Of a stretch of 64,000 nt of DNA, positions 25,688-34,486 are shown piece after piece. Location of the stretch: contig DASPQC010000003.1 of the NCBI GenBank assembly GCA_035625165.1, positions 2,101 through 66,100 on the forward strand, written 5' to 3'. The notes beneath the pieces were generated by a model. It did not search any database. It saw only the letters and a program-made list of their open reading frames with translations, and was not told the origin of the DNA. Every line of letters begins with the position of its first letter. The first letter of the stretch is position 1. Position numbers and translations under genes: made by a program. The stretch comes from Thermoplasmata archaeon. Lineage in GTDB: Archaea; Thermoplasmatota; Thermoplasmata; Lutacidiplasmatales; UBA184.

Positions 25688-27595
25688 TCACTTTCCTTCG
25701 AAGCGCGGCTTCCGGCGCTCGAGGAACGCCCGCATCCCCTCGGTGCGGTCGGTCGTCGTGAACGTGCGCCCGGCGGAGTCGCCCTCGAGCTTCAGGGCGG
25801 CCTCCTCGGAGGTCTCGAGCCCCCGGTCGACCACCTGTTTGATCCACCGGACCGCGAGCGGCGCCCGGCTCGCGATCGTCTCGGCGAGCACCTGCGCGTC
25901 CGCGCGCGCCGTCGCCGCGGGCACGACCTTCGCAACGAACCCCTGGCGGTAGGCCTCCTCGGCGGTCACGGGGACGCCGCTGAAGGCGAGCAGCTTCGTC
26001 TTGGCGCCGCCGATGAGCCGGCTCACCCGGGTGGCGCCGCCCATCCCGGAATGGATGCCGACCGTCACCTCGGGGAACCCGAGGAGCGCCCCTTCGGCGG
26101 CGAGGATAAAGTCGGCCGAGAGCGCAAGCTCCAGCCCACCCCCGAGGGCGTAGCCCTCCACGAGCGCGATCACGGGGGCTGGGAACCGCGCGACCCGCGC
26201 CGCCACCCGCTGGCCGAGAAACCCGAAGTCGTTCCCCTCGGCCGGGTCCTTCTCGGCCATCTCGGCGATGTCGGCCCCGGCGGCGAAGACGGGGGAGGAG
26301 CCGGCGAGCACCACCGCGCGCACTCCCGCGGCGTCCTCGAGACGGTCGAACGCCTGCTCGACCTGACCCAACAGGTCGGAATTGAGCGAGTTCAGCACCT
26401 CCGGGCGGTCGAGGAGCACCCAGGCGACAGGACCCTTCTTCTCGACCCGGACGAGCGAGAGCGGCCAGACCTTTTCTCCGCGCTCCGCCCGGGCCTTGAG
26501 CTCTTTCGAGACGGGGAACTCGCCGGGCCACCGGCGGGCGTACTCCTCGACGAGACGCGCGCCCTCCGGCAGGCCGATCGAGGAGAGGAGCGCGAAGGGC
26601 CCCTGGCGGCGACGAAGACCGACCACCGCGCCGCGGTCGGTCGCTTCCGCGGTCGCGACGCCTTCTTCGACGAGGCGCGTGGCAATCCCGACCGTAAGGC
26701 CGACGAAACGGTCTCGGACCGCCGCCTTCTTTTCCGGCTCCACCGGGGTCCCCTTCCAGGCCCATGGCTTTCCCGAGCGGAACTGTTCGCCGAGGAGTTT
26801 CGATGGCGCGTAGGCCGGCCCGAAGGCCCGGTGGAGCGAGCTGTTCGCGTGGAAGGCGATCGGGATGCCCGTGACGTTCATCAGCTCGAACGGTCCCAGG
26901 GTCGCGCCGAACAGCTCGCGGCCGACCGCCTCGATCGTGCCGAGGCTCGCGACGCCCTCCTCGGCGAGCCGGGTCGCCTCGTTGAGGTAGGGCACGAAGT
27001 AGCGGTTGACGCAGAACCCCGCGACGTCCTTGGTCTCGATCGGAATCTTGCGGAGGAGGTAGCAGAATCGTTCGAGCTCGTCCAGGGTCGCGCGGTCGGT
27101 GGCTGCGCCCCCGATGATCTCGACCAGCTTGTTGATCGCGGCCGGATAGAAGAAATGGAGGCCCGCGAAGCGCTCGGGCCGAGGGAACCCTTCGGCGAGC
27201 TCCGTGACCGAAAGCGAGGAGGTGTTGGTCGCGACGATCACCTCCGGCCCCACCTGGGGAGCGAGCTCGGAGAAGAGCGAGCGCTTCACCGTCATTTCCT
27301 CGAAGACGGCCTCGACCACCAGCCCAGCGCCGCGCACGGCTTCCGCGAGGTCGGTCGTGAAGGTCAGCCGTCCGAGCACCTCGTCCCGCTTCGCCGGCGT
27401 CGTCTTCCTCCGTTCGATCGCCCCCGCGAGGGTCTTCTCGATCAGCCCGCGACCGCGGGCGATCGCGGCCGCGTCCACGTCGCGGACGCGTACCGTGAAA
27501 CCGGCCTGGGCGGCCGCTTGGGCGATCCCGCTTCCCATGTTCCCTCCGCCGAGCACGGCAACGGTCGCCGGCGGGCGGAGCACCGTAGCGCTCAT
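25688..27595 (-). CDS. Bifunctional 3-hydroxyacyl-CoA dehydrogenase (N-terminal) / enoyl-CoA hydratase (C-terminal)
   Basis: N-terminal Rossmann VAVLGGGNMGSGIAQ plus the HADH C-domain. The C-terminal crotonase fold has VVLAGSSPVFAAGADI and ALVEGYALGGGLELAL. Confidence 0.9.
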   Translation of the reverse strand: MSATVLRPPATVAVLGGGNMGSGIAQAAAQAGFTVRVRDVDAAAIARGRGLIEKTLAGAIERRKTTPAKRDEVLGRLTFTTDLAEAVRGAGLVVEAVFEEMTVKRSLFSELAPQVGPEVIVATNTSSLSVTELAEGFPRPERFAGLHFFYPAAINKLVEIIGGAATDRATLDELERFCYLLRKIPIETKDVAGFCVNRYFVPYLNEATRLAEEGVASLGTIEAVGRELFGATLGPFELMNVTGIPIAFHANSSLHRAFGPAYAPSKLLGEQFRSGKPWAWKGTPVEPEKKAAVRDRFVGLTVGIATRLVEEGVATAEATDRGAVVGLRRRQGPFALLSSIGLPEGARLVEEYARRWPGEFPVSKELKARAERGEKVWPLSLVRVEKKGPVAWVLLDRPEVLNSLNSDLLGQVEQAFDRLEDAAGVRAVVLAGSSPVFAAGADIAEMAEKDPAEGNDFGFLGQRVAARVARFPAPVIALVEGYALGGGLELALSADFILAAEGALLGFPEVTVGIHSGMGGATRVSRLIGGAKTKLLAFSGVPVTAEEAYRQGFVAKVVPAATARADAQVLAETIASRAPLAVRWIKQVVDRGLETSEEAALKLEGDSAGRTFTTTDRTEGMRAFLERRKPRFEGK

Positions 27596-27673
27596 CGCTC
27601 TCCTTCGGGAGGAGCCCTCCCGACCGGGGACGGGAACGCCTGCTTCTTAATGATGGATAGCCCGACCCACGAC

Positions 27674-27715
27674 CCCCGCGGGGGAGCAATGCCCCTTAAG
27701 GGGGGAGGCCTCCCC
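27674..27715. repeat. Three adjacent perfect GC-clamped palindromes (CCCCGCGGGG, CCCCTTAAGGGG, GGGGAGGCCTCCCC)
   Basis: Read directly at 27674-27683, 27692-27703 and 27702-27715. They lie in the divergent intergenic region immediately upstream of GTG 27721. Confidence 0.7.
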
Positions 27716-27720
27716 TCTCT

Positions 27721-28560
27721 GTGGCCGACCCCTCCGATGTCGAGGCGGCGCTCGACTCCGAGCGCCAGTTCATCCTGACGCTGGGCGGCTTCGCCCTCGA
27801 AGTGCCGGGGGCGACCCTCGTCACGCACGAGAAGATTCCGGTCCCCCGGTTCAACTTCGTCCAGGAGAAGGGGGTCGGAGCCGAGCGCCAGACCGCGTTC
27901 TTCGAACGGGCCCTCGACCACTACTTCCAGCGAGCGCTGCGCCCGACGTTCCGCGTCCCGGACCCGGCCCCTACGCATGTGGACGCGGGACTCCGTCGGT
28001 TCGGCTTCCGTCCCCGACCGTCCCCTCTGGTCCTGATGCTCGAGCGGCCCGATTCCGTCCTCGAGGAGCCCTCCGACATCGAGGTCCGCCCTGCCGAAGC
28101 CGGCGAGCTCGACCTCATCGCCTCGTTCTGGACCGGTGAGAAGGAACGGCCGGAGTTCCGGTCGGCGGTGGACATCGCATGGCACCACCCGAATCCGGAC
28201 GAACGGCTCGTCCCGCTCCTCGCCTTCCTCCACGAGAGAGCGGTCTCCGCCGCACTTCTCTACCGGTACCGCTCCGCGGCCGGGATCCACGCGGTCGCGA
28301 CCCGGGCGGACGCGCGCGGGAACCGGGCCGCCTCCCGCCTGGTCCAGTGGGCGCTCGCCCACCGTCCCACGGGGCCGGGGGCGCGCACCTCGATTTTCGC
28401 GGATTCGCCCCGCCTGCAGCACCGCCTCGAGGCACTAGGGTTCCTCCCCGCGAGATCGTTCCGAGTGTACGAACTCCCGCCCGAGGCAGAGCTCGCGCTT
28501 CCGCCGGTCGGCCCCCCGGGCCCGCCCCGGTGGCGACCTCCGCGGTCGAGCGCCCGGTGA
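27721..28560 (+). CDS. Putative GNAT-family acetyltransferase
   Basis: 279 aa. The GNAT motif-A-like segment AVATRADARGNRAASRLVQWAL is weak, so this is a family-level call only. Confidence 0.5.
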   Translation: MADPSDVEAALDSERQFILTLGGFALEVPGATLVTHEKIPVPRFNFVQEKGVGAERQTAFFERALDHYFQRALRPTFRVPDPAPTHVDAGLRRFGFRPRPSPLVLMLERPDSVLEEPSDIEVRPAEAGELDLIASFWTGEKERPEFRSAVDIAWHHPNPDERLVPLLAFLHERAVSAALLYRYRSAAGIHAVATRADARGNRAASRLVQWALAHRPTGPGARTSIFADSPRLQHRLEALGFLPARSFRVYELPPEAELALPPVGPPGPPRWRPPRSSAR

Positions 28561-28585
28561 ACCTTGCCGGGGCGGGGGCCTGATC

Positions 28586-30907
28586 CTACTCCCGCGGCCG
28601 GAGCCCCTCGAGCTTCATCCGCTGCTCGAGCGAGGCGATCGTGCGGGTGGTGGAGATGACCGTGTCCGCGTTGAGCGAGATCGAGTCGATCCCGCGGCGC
28701 ACGAGGAACTCGGCGAACTCGGGGTAGACGCTCGGTCCCTGGCCGCAGATCCCGACCGTACGCCCTTCGGCGTGGGCGCCCTCGAGCAGGAGCTCGATCG
28801 CGCGCTGCACGGCGGGGTCGCGCTCGTCGAAGTAGCCCATCCGTCCGAGCGTCTCCGAGTCGCGGTCGGCGCCCAGGACGAGTTGGGTCAGGTCGTTCGA
28901 CCAGATCGAGAAGCCGTCGCAGTGCTTCGAGAACTCGCGGGCGAGCAGAACGGTCGAGGGGACCTCGGCCATGAGGTAGAGCTTGAAGTCGCGCGAGCGC
29001 TTGAGCCCCTGGGCGCGCATCATCTCGACGATCTCCTCGAGCTCCCAGGTGTTGCGGACGAACGGCAGCATCACCATCGCATTCTTCAAGCCCATCTCGG
29101 TCCGCACGCGGTGGATCGCCTCGAGCTCACAGAGGAACGCCGGTCGGTAGACCGGGGAGATGTACCGGGAGCAGCCGCGCCAGCCGATCATCGGGTTCTC
29201 CTCGGTCGGCTCGAACTCCTCGCCGCCCGGCATGCCGCGGTATTCGTTCGTCTTGAAGTCGGAGGTGCGGATGATGACCGGCCGCGGATGGAACGCCTGG
29301 CAGACCTTGCCGATCCCCTCGGCCAGTCGGCGGACGAGCTCCTCCTTCCGGCCCTTCTTGAGCAGCGCGAGCGGGTGTTCGCGGACGTGCGCCGTGAAGA
29401 TGAACTCGATCCGGAGAAGCCCGACCCCGGCCACGGGCAGGCGGGCGTACTCTTCGGCCTTCTCGGGGACCCCGACGTTCACGAGGATCTTGGTGGCGGT
29501 GACCGGCGTCCCCTCGTGACCTCCGACTACCGTCGGAACGGCGGCGGGGGCCGCGGCGGCGGGTTTCGGATGGGCGCGGAGGCCGCGGAACACCGTCCCG
29601 GTCTTCCCGTCCACGGTCACCTCGGATCCGTCCTGGATCACCTTGGTCGCTTCCCGCGTCCCGACGACGCAGGGCACTCCGAGTTCGCGGGAGACGATCG
29701 CGGCGTGGCAGGTCATCCCGCCCTCGTCCGTGACAATCGCCGACGCCTGCGACATCGCCGGCACCATGTCGGGGGTCGTCATCGAGGTGATGAGGACCTC
29801 GCCGGCCTTGAGGCGGTCCATCTCCGCCGGCCCATGGAGGATCCGGGCGACGCCCGACGCGACCCCGGGGCTCGCGCCGAACCCCCGCAGGATCGGGGCA
29901 TTCTCGCCCTTGTCGGCGGCCGCTTCCCCTCCTGCGCCGGGAACGGTCGAGGTCGGGATGGTCGTCACAGGCCTCGCTTGGACGATGTAGAGCGATTCGG
30001 CATCGGCACACCATTCGACATCCATCGGGCGTCGGTAATGCGATTCGATGAGCCGGGCGAGGGAGACGAGGCGCTGGAGGCGTTGGTCGGACAGCTTCTG
30101 GCGCGAGCGCTCATCGGCCGGTACCTCTTCACGTCGGTTTCCTCCCTTCTCGGCGCGGACAACCCGCACCCGCTGCTCCGATATCTGCTTGTGGATGACC
30201 TTCAAGGTCGCGCCGTCGATCACGTAGTGGTCCGGCGTGACCTCGCCGCCGACGATCGCCTCGCCGAGGCCGAAGCCGGCCTCGACGATCATGTGGTTCT
30301 CGCCGGTGTTCGGGTCGCGGGTGAAGAGGATCCCGGAGACGGTCGAGTCGACCATCTTCTGGACGAGGACGGCGAGCTGAACAGTGGAGTGATCGAACCC
30401 CTTCTTCTGGCGGTACACGAGGACGCGCGGGGTGAACAGCGAGCCCCAGCATTTCCGTACGGCGTCGAGGACGTTGTCGACCCCCGTGACGTTGAGGTAC
30501 GTTTCCTGGAGTCCGGCGAACGACGCTCCTTCGAGGTCCTCCGCGGTCGCGCTCGAGCGTACCGCCGAAAAGCGGACGTCGTGGGTCCTGACGAACCGTT
30601 CGTAAGCCTCGGCGATCGTGCGCCGGAGCTCGGCCGGGAACTCAGTCGTCTCGAACGCGGTCCGGATCCGCGCGGAGGCGGCGTCGACCGTTTCGGAGCG
30701 GGCGAGGTCGATCGACCGCAGCGCGGCCGGTAGGACTTGCTTGAGGTCGGTCGAATCGACGAAGGCCTGGTAGGCTTCCGTCGTCACCACGAACCCCGGG
30801 GGCACCGGCAGCCCCTCGCGCACCAGCTCCCCGAGCTTTCCCGCCTTCCCTCCGACCAGCGGCAGGTCGGAGGCCGACGTCTCTTCAAGGCCGACGATGA
30901 TCGCCAT
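28586..30907 (-). CDS. ppsA: Phosphoenolpyruvate synthase (pyruvate, water dikinase)
   Basis: N-terminal ATP-grasp (LVGGKAGKLGEL), swivelling phospho-His domain (GGMTCHAAIVSRELGVPCVVG), C-terminal PEP-utilising TIM barrel. 773 aa. Confidence 0.95.
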   Translation of the reverse strand: MAIIVGLEETSASDLPLVGGKAGKLGELVREGLPVPPGFVVTTEAYQAFVDSTDLKQVLPAALRSIDLARSETVDAASARIRTAFETTEFPAELRRTIAEAYERFVRTHDVRFSAVRSSATAEDLEGASFAGLQETYLNVTGVDNVLDAVRKCWGSLFTPRVLVYRQKKGFDHSTVQLAVLVQKMVDSTVSGILFTRDPNTGENHMIVEAGFGLGEAIVGGEVTPDHYVIDGATLKVIHKQISEQRVRVVRAEKGGNRREEVPADERSRQKLSDQRLQRLVSLARLIESHYRRPMDVEWCADAESLYIVQARPVTTIPTSTVPGAGGEAAADKGENAPILRGFGASPGVASGVARILHGPAEMDRLKAGEVLITSMTTPDMVPAMSQASAIVTDEGGMTCHAAIVSRELGVPCVVGTREATKVIQDGSEVTVDGKTGTVFRGLRAHPKPAAAAPAAVPTVVGGHEGTPVTATKILVNVGVPEKAEEYARLPVAGVGLLRIEFIFTAHVREHPLALLKKGRKEELVRRLAEGIGKVCQAFHPRPVIIRTSDFKTNEYRGMPGGEEFEPTEENPMIGWRGCSRYISPVYRPAFLCELEAIHRVRTEMGLKNAMVMLPFVRNTWELEEIVEMMRAQGLKRSRDFKLYLMAEVPSTVLLAREFSKHCDGFSIWSNDLTQLVLGADRDSETLGRMGYFDERDPAVQRAIELLLEGAHAEGRTVGICGQGPSVYPEFAEFLVRRGIDSISLNADTVISTTRTIASLEQRMKLEGLRPRE

Positions 30908-30913
30908 CCGGAC

Positions 30914-31939
30914 TCACTCCCCCGACCGCTCGAGCGTGAAGGCTCGCAGGTCGGAGAGAGGGGAGTAGGGGTGAACCACGTGAGAATCGGCCACTTTCCA
31001 TCCGGTCGCGGGGCGCAGGGAGCTCACGACCTCCTCCGTTCGCTCCTCGACCTCAGTTCGGGGAACGACCTCGTAGTAGTACACACGCCCATGCGGCCGG
31101 ACGGCCGGTCCGACCAGGGGTAGGTACTTAATCCCTTCGTGAGGAAGATTGAGCACGACCCGCTCGACCGGTTCGGTGGAGGGCAGGAACTCCTCCACCC
31201 TCGACACGACCGGGGTCACGACCCGCCCGAACGGATACCGCGCGAGCGTGCTCCGGAGGAGCGCGATCGCGTCGGGGTTCGAGTCGACCGCCGTCACCCG
31301 CTCGGCCCGTCCGTCCCTCGCGATCGTCACGGAGAAGGGGCCGACCCCGCAGCAGAGGTCGAGAACCCGGTCGCCGTGACGCACCTGCTCCGCGACCGCG
31401 GCGTGCTCCCGCGCGAGACGTGGGGAAAAGTAGGCTCGCTCGAGGTCGACATCGAACTCGAGGTGGTTCTCTCGATGCCGGGTGGAGAAGTCACCGGACC
31501 CGGCGATCCGCTCGACCCGGCGGCGGCGCTCGGGGCCGTGCACCCCGTGGTCGGACCCCACGACCCGCGTTCCGGAGACGAACCGCAGCAGCGCTCGCCC
31601 GACCTCCTCCCGACGAACTTCGAGTTCCGGTGGCAGCCGGATGACCACTATGTCGCCGATGACGTCGAACGACCGCGGGAGCGCGTCTTTGAGCGGTTCC
31701 GGCCAGTCCAGGAGGTCTCGGTATTCCCGCGGACCCGCGGGAGACACCGCCTCAAACTCACGCTCTTCCACCCGCGAATCGTCCCGCGGAGAGGGGGGTG
31801 CTCCGTCCGTCAGCGGCAGGAGGAGATGGTCGCCCTCCGCCCGGATGGCGAGGTCCGTCCGTAGCCACCCGGATTCTGCGAGCGTTCGGCGCGTCGCCTC
31901 CCCCCGGTGGCGGGGGACGATGAGCGCCCGGCACTTCAT
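30914..31939 (-). CDS. trm5: tRNA (guanine37-N1)-methyltransferase Trm5 family (Trm5/Taw22-like)
   Basis: Class-I SAM methyltransferase fold (VLDLCCGVGPFS) with the Trm5-type NLPH motif (VVLNLPHEG) and an N-terminal D1-like domain. ATGA overlap with the apgM stop. Confidence 0.78.
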   Translation of the reverse strand: MKCRALIVPRHRGEATRRTLAESGWLRTDLAIRAEGDHLLLPLTDGAPPSPRDDSRVEEREFEAVSPAGPREYRDLLDWPEPLKDALPRSFDVIGDIVVIRLPPELEVRREEVGRALLRFVSGTRVVGSDHGVHGPERRRRVERIAGSGDFSTRHRENHLEFDVDLERAYFSPRLAREHAAVAEQVRHGDRVLDLCCGVGPFSVTIARDGRAERVTAVDSNPDAIALLRSTLARYPFGRVVTPVVSRVEEFLPSTEPVERVVLNLPHEGIKYLPLVGPAVRPHGRVYYYEVVPRTEVEERTEEVVSSLRPATGWKVADSHVVHPYSPLSDLRAFTLERSGE

Positions 31940-33267
31940 TTCGCGACCGCGGGCGGGTGGAGCAGGAGAGGAAGCACGTCCCCCCCGCGACGGAGCCCGA
32001 GAGCTCCGCGTGCGGCCGAACCCTCCCCGAACTTGGCCGGAGCACCGCCCGAACTGGAGGCGACCCCCGCTCCCGAGAGCAGGAACGGCACGGGGTCGTC
32101 CGAGTGGCCCTTGAGGACGGCCGGCGTCGCATGGTCGGCCGTCACCGCGAGCCGGACCTTCCCCAGGTCGAGGCCGTCCAGGAACGGCCCGAAGAACGAA
32201 CGGTCGATCGCTTCGATGACCTCCTTCTTCAGGAGGGCGTTGCCGTCGTGCCCCGGTTCGTCCGGCCCCTTGAGGTGCACGTACACAAACGGGGACCGCG
32301 CGACAAGCTCGCGGGTCGCCCGCGCCCGGTCGGCATAGCCGCGGTCGCGGTCCGCGCCCATCGGACCGACGTACCGGTCCTCGAGACCGAGGACTCGCGC
32401 AATGCCCCGTTCTACGGGCATCTCCGTGAGGGCCGCTCCATGGAGTCCGTACTTCGACTCGAAGGAGACGACCGGAGGGTCGGTGAGCGCCCCCGCGTTG
32501 CGCACCAGGAGGGCATTCGCGATCTTCTTACCCCCCATCGCCCGGCGCGCGTTCACGCGGTGACCGGCGAGCACGGCCGCCGCACGGTCGAGGAATCGAT
32601 TGACGGCCTCCGCGGTCCGCGCGGCCTCTGGGGTCCCGTCCAGCGGCGTCACGGCGAGGACCCGCGGTACCTCCGGCCGGCGAGCCTGGCCCATTCCGCC
32701 TACCTTCTCGTAGAACGGGTCGGCGTTCGAGATGTTCGGCGAGAGGCGGCCACCCGACGTCGGATGGAGCCAGAGCACGCCCCGGTGGCCGACCGTCGCC
32801 CGGACCTCGGCCCGGATCCCGACGTCCGCGAGAAGGTCCGCCGCGGTGACCGACCGAGCGAGGTCCTGGGCCTCGACGGTCGTGAGGGAGCGCCCCACCC
32901 GGGAATCGAGAATCGTCCCCGCGCCGTCCGAGGTGGCAAAGTTGAGACGGAGCGCAACGTCCCCCGGCGCCAGCGGCACCTCCACGCCAATCGCCTCCAA
33001 GACCCCGCGCCCGGGCGAATCGTGTACCGGGTCGTAGCCGAGGAGCGCGAAGACCCCCGCATCCGACTCGGGAGCGATGCCCGGCCCGACCACCACGACT
33101 TGTCCAATCTGACCGAAGGACAGAAGACGGTCCAGGTTCGGTGTCGCCGCCGCTTCCACCGGGCTCCGGCCGCCCGTGTCGGGGTGAGGGCGGTCCCCCA
33201 ACCCGTCGAGGACGATCAAGGCGAGGGCGGGCGCCGTCGTCGCGAAGGAGCTCGGTTGGGCGACCAT
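31936..33267 (-). CDS. apgM: 2,3-bisphosphoglycerate-independent phosphoglycerate mutase, archaeal type
   Basis: LALIVLDGLGD, ...VYVHLKGPDEPGHDGN, VTADHATP metal-site motifs. Start set at ATG 33267 (MVAQPSS...). Confidence 0.9.
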   Translation of the reverse strand: MVAQPSSFATTAPALALIVLDGLGDRPHPDTGGRSPVEAAATPNLDRLLSFGQIGQVVVVGPGIAPESDAGVFALLGYDPVHDSPGRGVLEAIGVEVPLAPGDVALRLNFATSDGAGTILDSRVGRSLTTVEAQDLARSVTAADLLADVGIRAEVRATVGHRGVLWLHPTSGGRLSPNISNADPFYEKVGGMGQARRPEVPRVLAVTPLDGTPEAARTAEAVNRFLDRAAAVLAGHRVNARRAMGGKKIANALLVRNAGALTDPPVVSFESKYGLHGAALTEMPVERGIARVLGLEDRYVGPMGADRDRGYADRARATRELVARSPFVYVHLKGPDEPGHDGNALLKKEVIEAIDRSFFGPFLDGLDLGKVRLAVTADHATPAVLKGHSDDPVPFLLSGAGVASSSGGAPAKFGEGSAARGALGLRRGGDVLPLLLHPPAVAK

Positions 33268-33280
33268 CAGGTAATTAGGG

Positions 33281-34378
33281 ATGCGCGGTCTTGCCGGCCG
33301 TCCCGTGCAGCAAGAGAAGGCCCGCGGCTTTAGGGGTTTCGTCCAGACGGCCGCTGGCCGGGCGTTCCTGATCGCGCTGTCCCTCGTTCTGGTGTTCGCG
33401 ACGTTCACTTACGTCACTCCGCTGCTCGCGATCCCGGTCTTCCTGATCGTCGGTCTCGCGCTACCGATCTACTCCGGCCTCAAGCGCCCTCGATTCCTCG
33501 CCCTCTCTGGACTGGTCGTCATCCTGCTGCTGGCTCCGGTCGCGACCGCGGTCCTGAGCAGCGAGATCATGAGCCCGACCCCGGCCGCCAGCTCGAGCCC
33601 GGATCTTCCCGAGGGACACGGAGGGGCCGTGTTGCAGAACGCGTCCGTCGGCCCCTTCCTCGGCTCGACCTCGACCAACTTCACCTGGAACGTGACGATC
33701 TATCCCCAGTACCTCTCGCCGGACAACTCGTCGCCGCTCTGGCTCAGCCTCTACATCAGCACCTGTCCGGGCGCCACGGGTAACAGTTCACCCGTGTGCA
33801 GTGCGGGCTATCCGTTCTACAACCGCACGATCACCTTCCCCTCGGGGTACTGGGCCAATCACACCGGCCCGACGCGGGAGAGCTTCCGCTTCACGATCGG
33901 TTCGAATGGAATCTGGGATTGGCAGATGGGCCTCGCGATGGAGAACCTGTCCACCCACGGCCTCGAGTGGATTTTCCTCGTGGGGGACCCGCAATACGAC
34001 GGAATCGAAGGGCCCGTAATCGGCGGGTATGGCACCGTCTACTTCGCGCTCATCGGGTCAGTCTACCTTGAGTCGGCGCTCTACCTCGGCGCGCCCTACT
34101 TCATCGTCCTCCTCATCTACGTGGCGTTCAAGAACCGCGAGCGCCGACGGGCCGACAGCCAGCGGCGGCGGGCGGGGCCGGTGCCGCCGACCTCTCCGCC
34201 TCCCGCCGGGCCCAAGACCCCGCTACCGTCCGGCCCCCCGCCCGAATCGTCGGCGGCGGCCACCGCGGCCGCGGCGGCGGCCGCGGGAGAGATGACGTGC
34301 CCGAACTGCCACGCGGTGGTCTATGCGAACGAGGCCACCTGCTGGAAGTGCGGAACCGCGCTGAACCCCAAGGGCTGA
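33281..34378 (+). CDS. Membrane glycoprotein with cytoplasmic Pro/Ala-rich linker and C-terminal zinc ribbon
   Basis: N-terminal TM spans, extracellular part with NAS, NFT, NVT, NSS, NRT, NHT, NLS sequons, then a TM. The tail is RRRADSQRRR, Pro/Ala-rich, and ends in CPNCHAVVYANEATCWKCG. In-frame GTG 33305 fits the TAATTA box at 33272-33277 better than ATG 33281. Confidence 0.7.
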   Translation: MRGLAGRPVQQEKARGFRGFVQTAAGRAFLIALSLVLVFATFTYVTPLLAIPVFLIVGLALPIYSGLKRPRFLALSGLVVILLLAPVATAVLSSEIMSPTPAASSSPDLPEGHGGAVLQNASVGPFLGSTSTNFTWNVTIYPQYLSPDNSSPLWLSLYISTCPGATGNSSPVCSAGYPFYNRTITFPSGYWANHTGPTRESFRFTIGSNGIWDWQMGLAMENLSTHGLEWIFLVGDPQYDGIEGPVIGGYGTVYFALIGSVYLESALYLGAPYFIVLLIYVAFKNRERRRADSQRRRAGPVPPTSPPPAGPKTPLPSGPPPESSAAATAAAAAAAGEMTCPNCHAVVYANEATCWKCGTALNPKG

Positions 34379-34486
34379 ACCGGTGGTGAATCCTCGGTCC
34401 GGAGATTTCCCGGCGTCCGAGGCTCTACCCTGGCCCTCGGGGGCGCGGTGACGAACGGGAAGCCAACGGGCGGGTCGGACGCTCCG

